A stretch of 64,000 nucleotides of DNA, taken from positions 43,224,922 to 43,288,921 of the forward strand of contig NC_068981.1 in assembly GCF_001194135.2 (NCBI RefSeq), written 5' to 3'. Source of the DNA: Octopus bimaculoides. Lineage: Eukaryota. Below the pieces are notes generated by a model. That model was not told the origin of the DNA. It was given only the letters and a program-made list of their open reading frames with translations, and searched no databases. Each line of letters begins with the position of its first letter. Position 1 is the first letter of the stretch. Positions 63,488-64,000 of the stretch are shown here, piece after piece. Made by a program: the position numbers and the translations under genes.

Positions 63488-64000
63488 TATACATATACAT
63501 ATATAATGTGTGTGTATGTATGTGTATACATATGTGTGTTTTAGATTCCTAGTCCCAACATCACCTGATAGTTTCCAATGCACATCTCTGTTGTACAAAC
63601 AGTGTACTTCATTTGCAATTTTTCTTGAAAATATGTCAGGCCATGAGTAAATATCACCTTACTTGGAAACTGGTGAATGTTTCAATGAATTCTGTCTGAC
63701 TCAAGAAAGCATGCAAGAATGGTTGTTAAACTATGATGAGGATGATGATGGTGATGATGATGATAGTGGTGGTGGGGGTGGTGATCATGATGATAAGGAT
63801 GATGATGATTCTTCGGTATATCAGTTTTTGAATAATAGATTAGCTAAAACATACTGCAGCAGAAATTTATTTTTAGAACTTGGTGAATATATTTACAATT
63901 TTTTAAAAGCACTGTATTTTCTGTAGATTTTTACTACACAGACTGAAAAATGTCTACAGTTGATACATAGACCAAATGTATATACGAGTACATATATATA

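Overview
Eukaryotic, very AT-rich, microsatellite- and transposon-dense DNA with many N gaps flanked by (TA)n. The repeat families (RTE LINEs with (GAT)n tails, tRNA-derived SINEs, mariner/maT/Tigger fossils) point to a coleoid cephalopod, probably Octopus; this is inference, not a database match. Almost all ORFs in the supplied track are translated microsatellites or transposon debris. The only fairly well-supported host coding exon is a 120-nt minus-strand acidic exon at 19865-19984, probably near the 3' end of an unidentified gene with very long introns; other exon candidates are weak. The most interesting signals are non-coding. (1) An ORF-less, highly structured element at about 62.3-63.4 kb holds a near-perfect 147-bp inverted repeat and two hammerhead-ribozyme-like motifs that share an unusual core variant and a palindromic stem III. 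(2) A Penelope-like element end at 27.27-27.73 kb joins a GIY-YIG fragment, a tRNA-like Pol III module and a minimal hammerhead on one strand. All translations, pairings and coordinates were worked out by eye; transposon boundaries are approximate.
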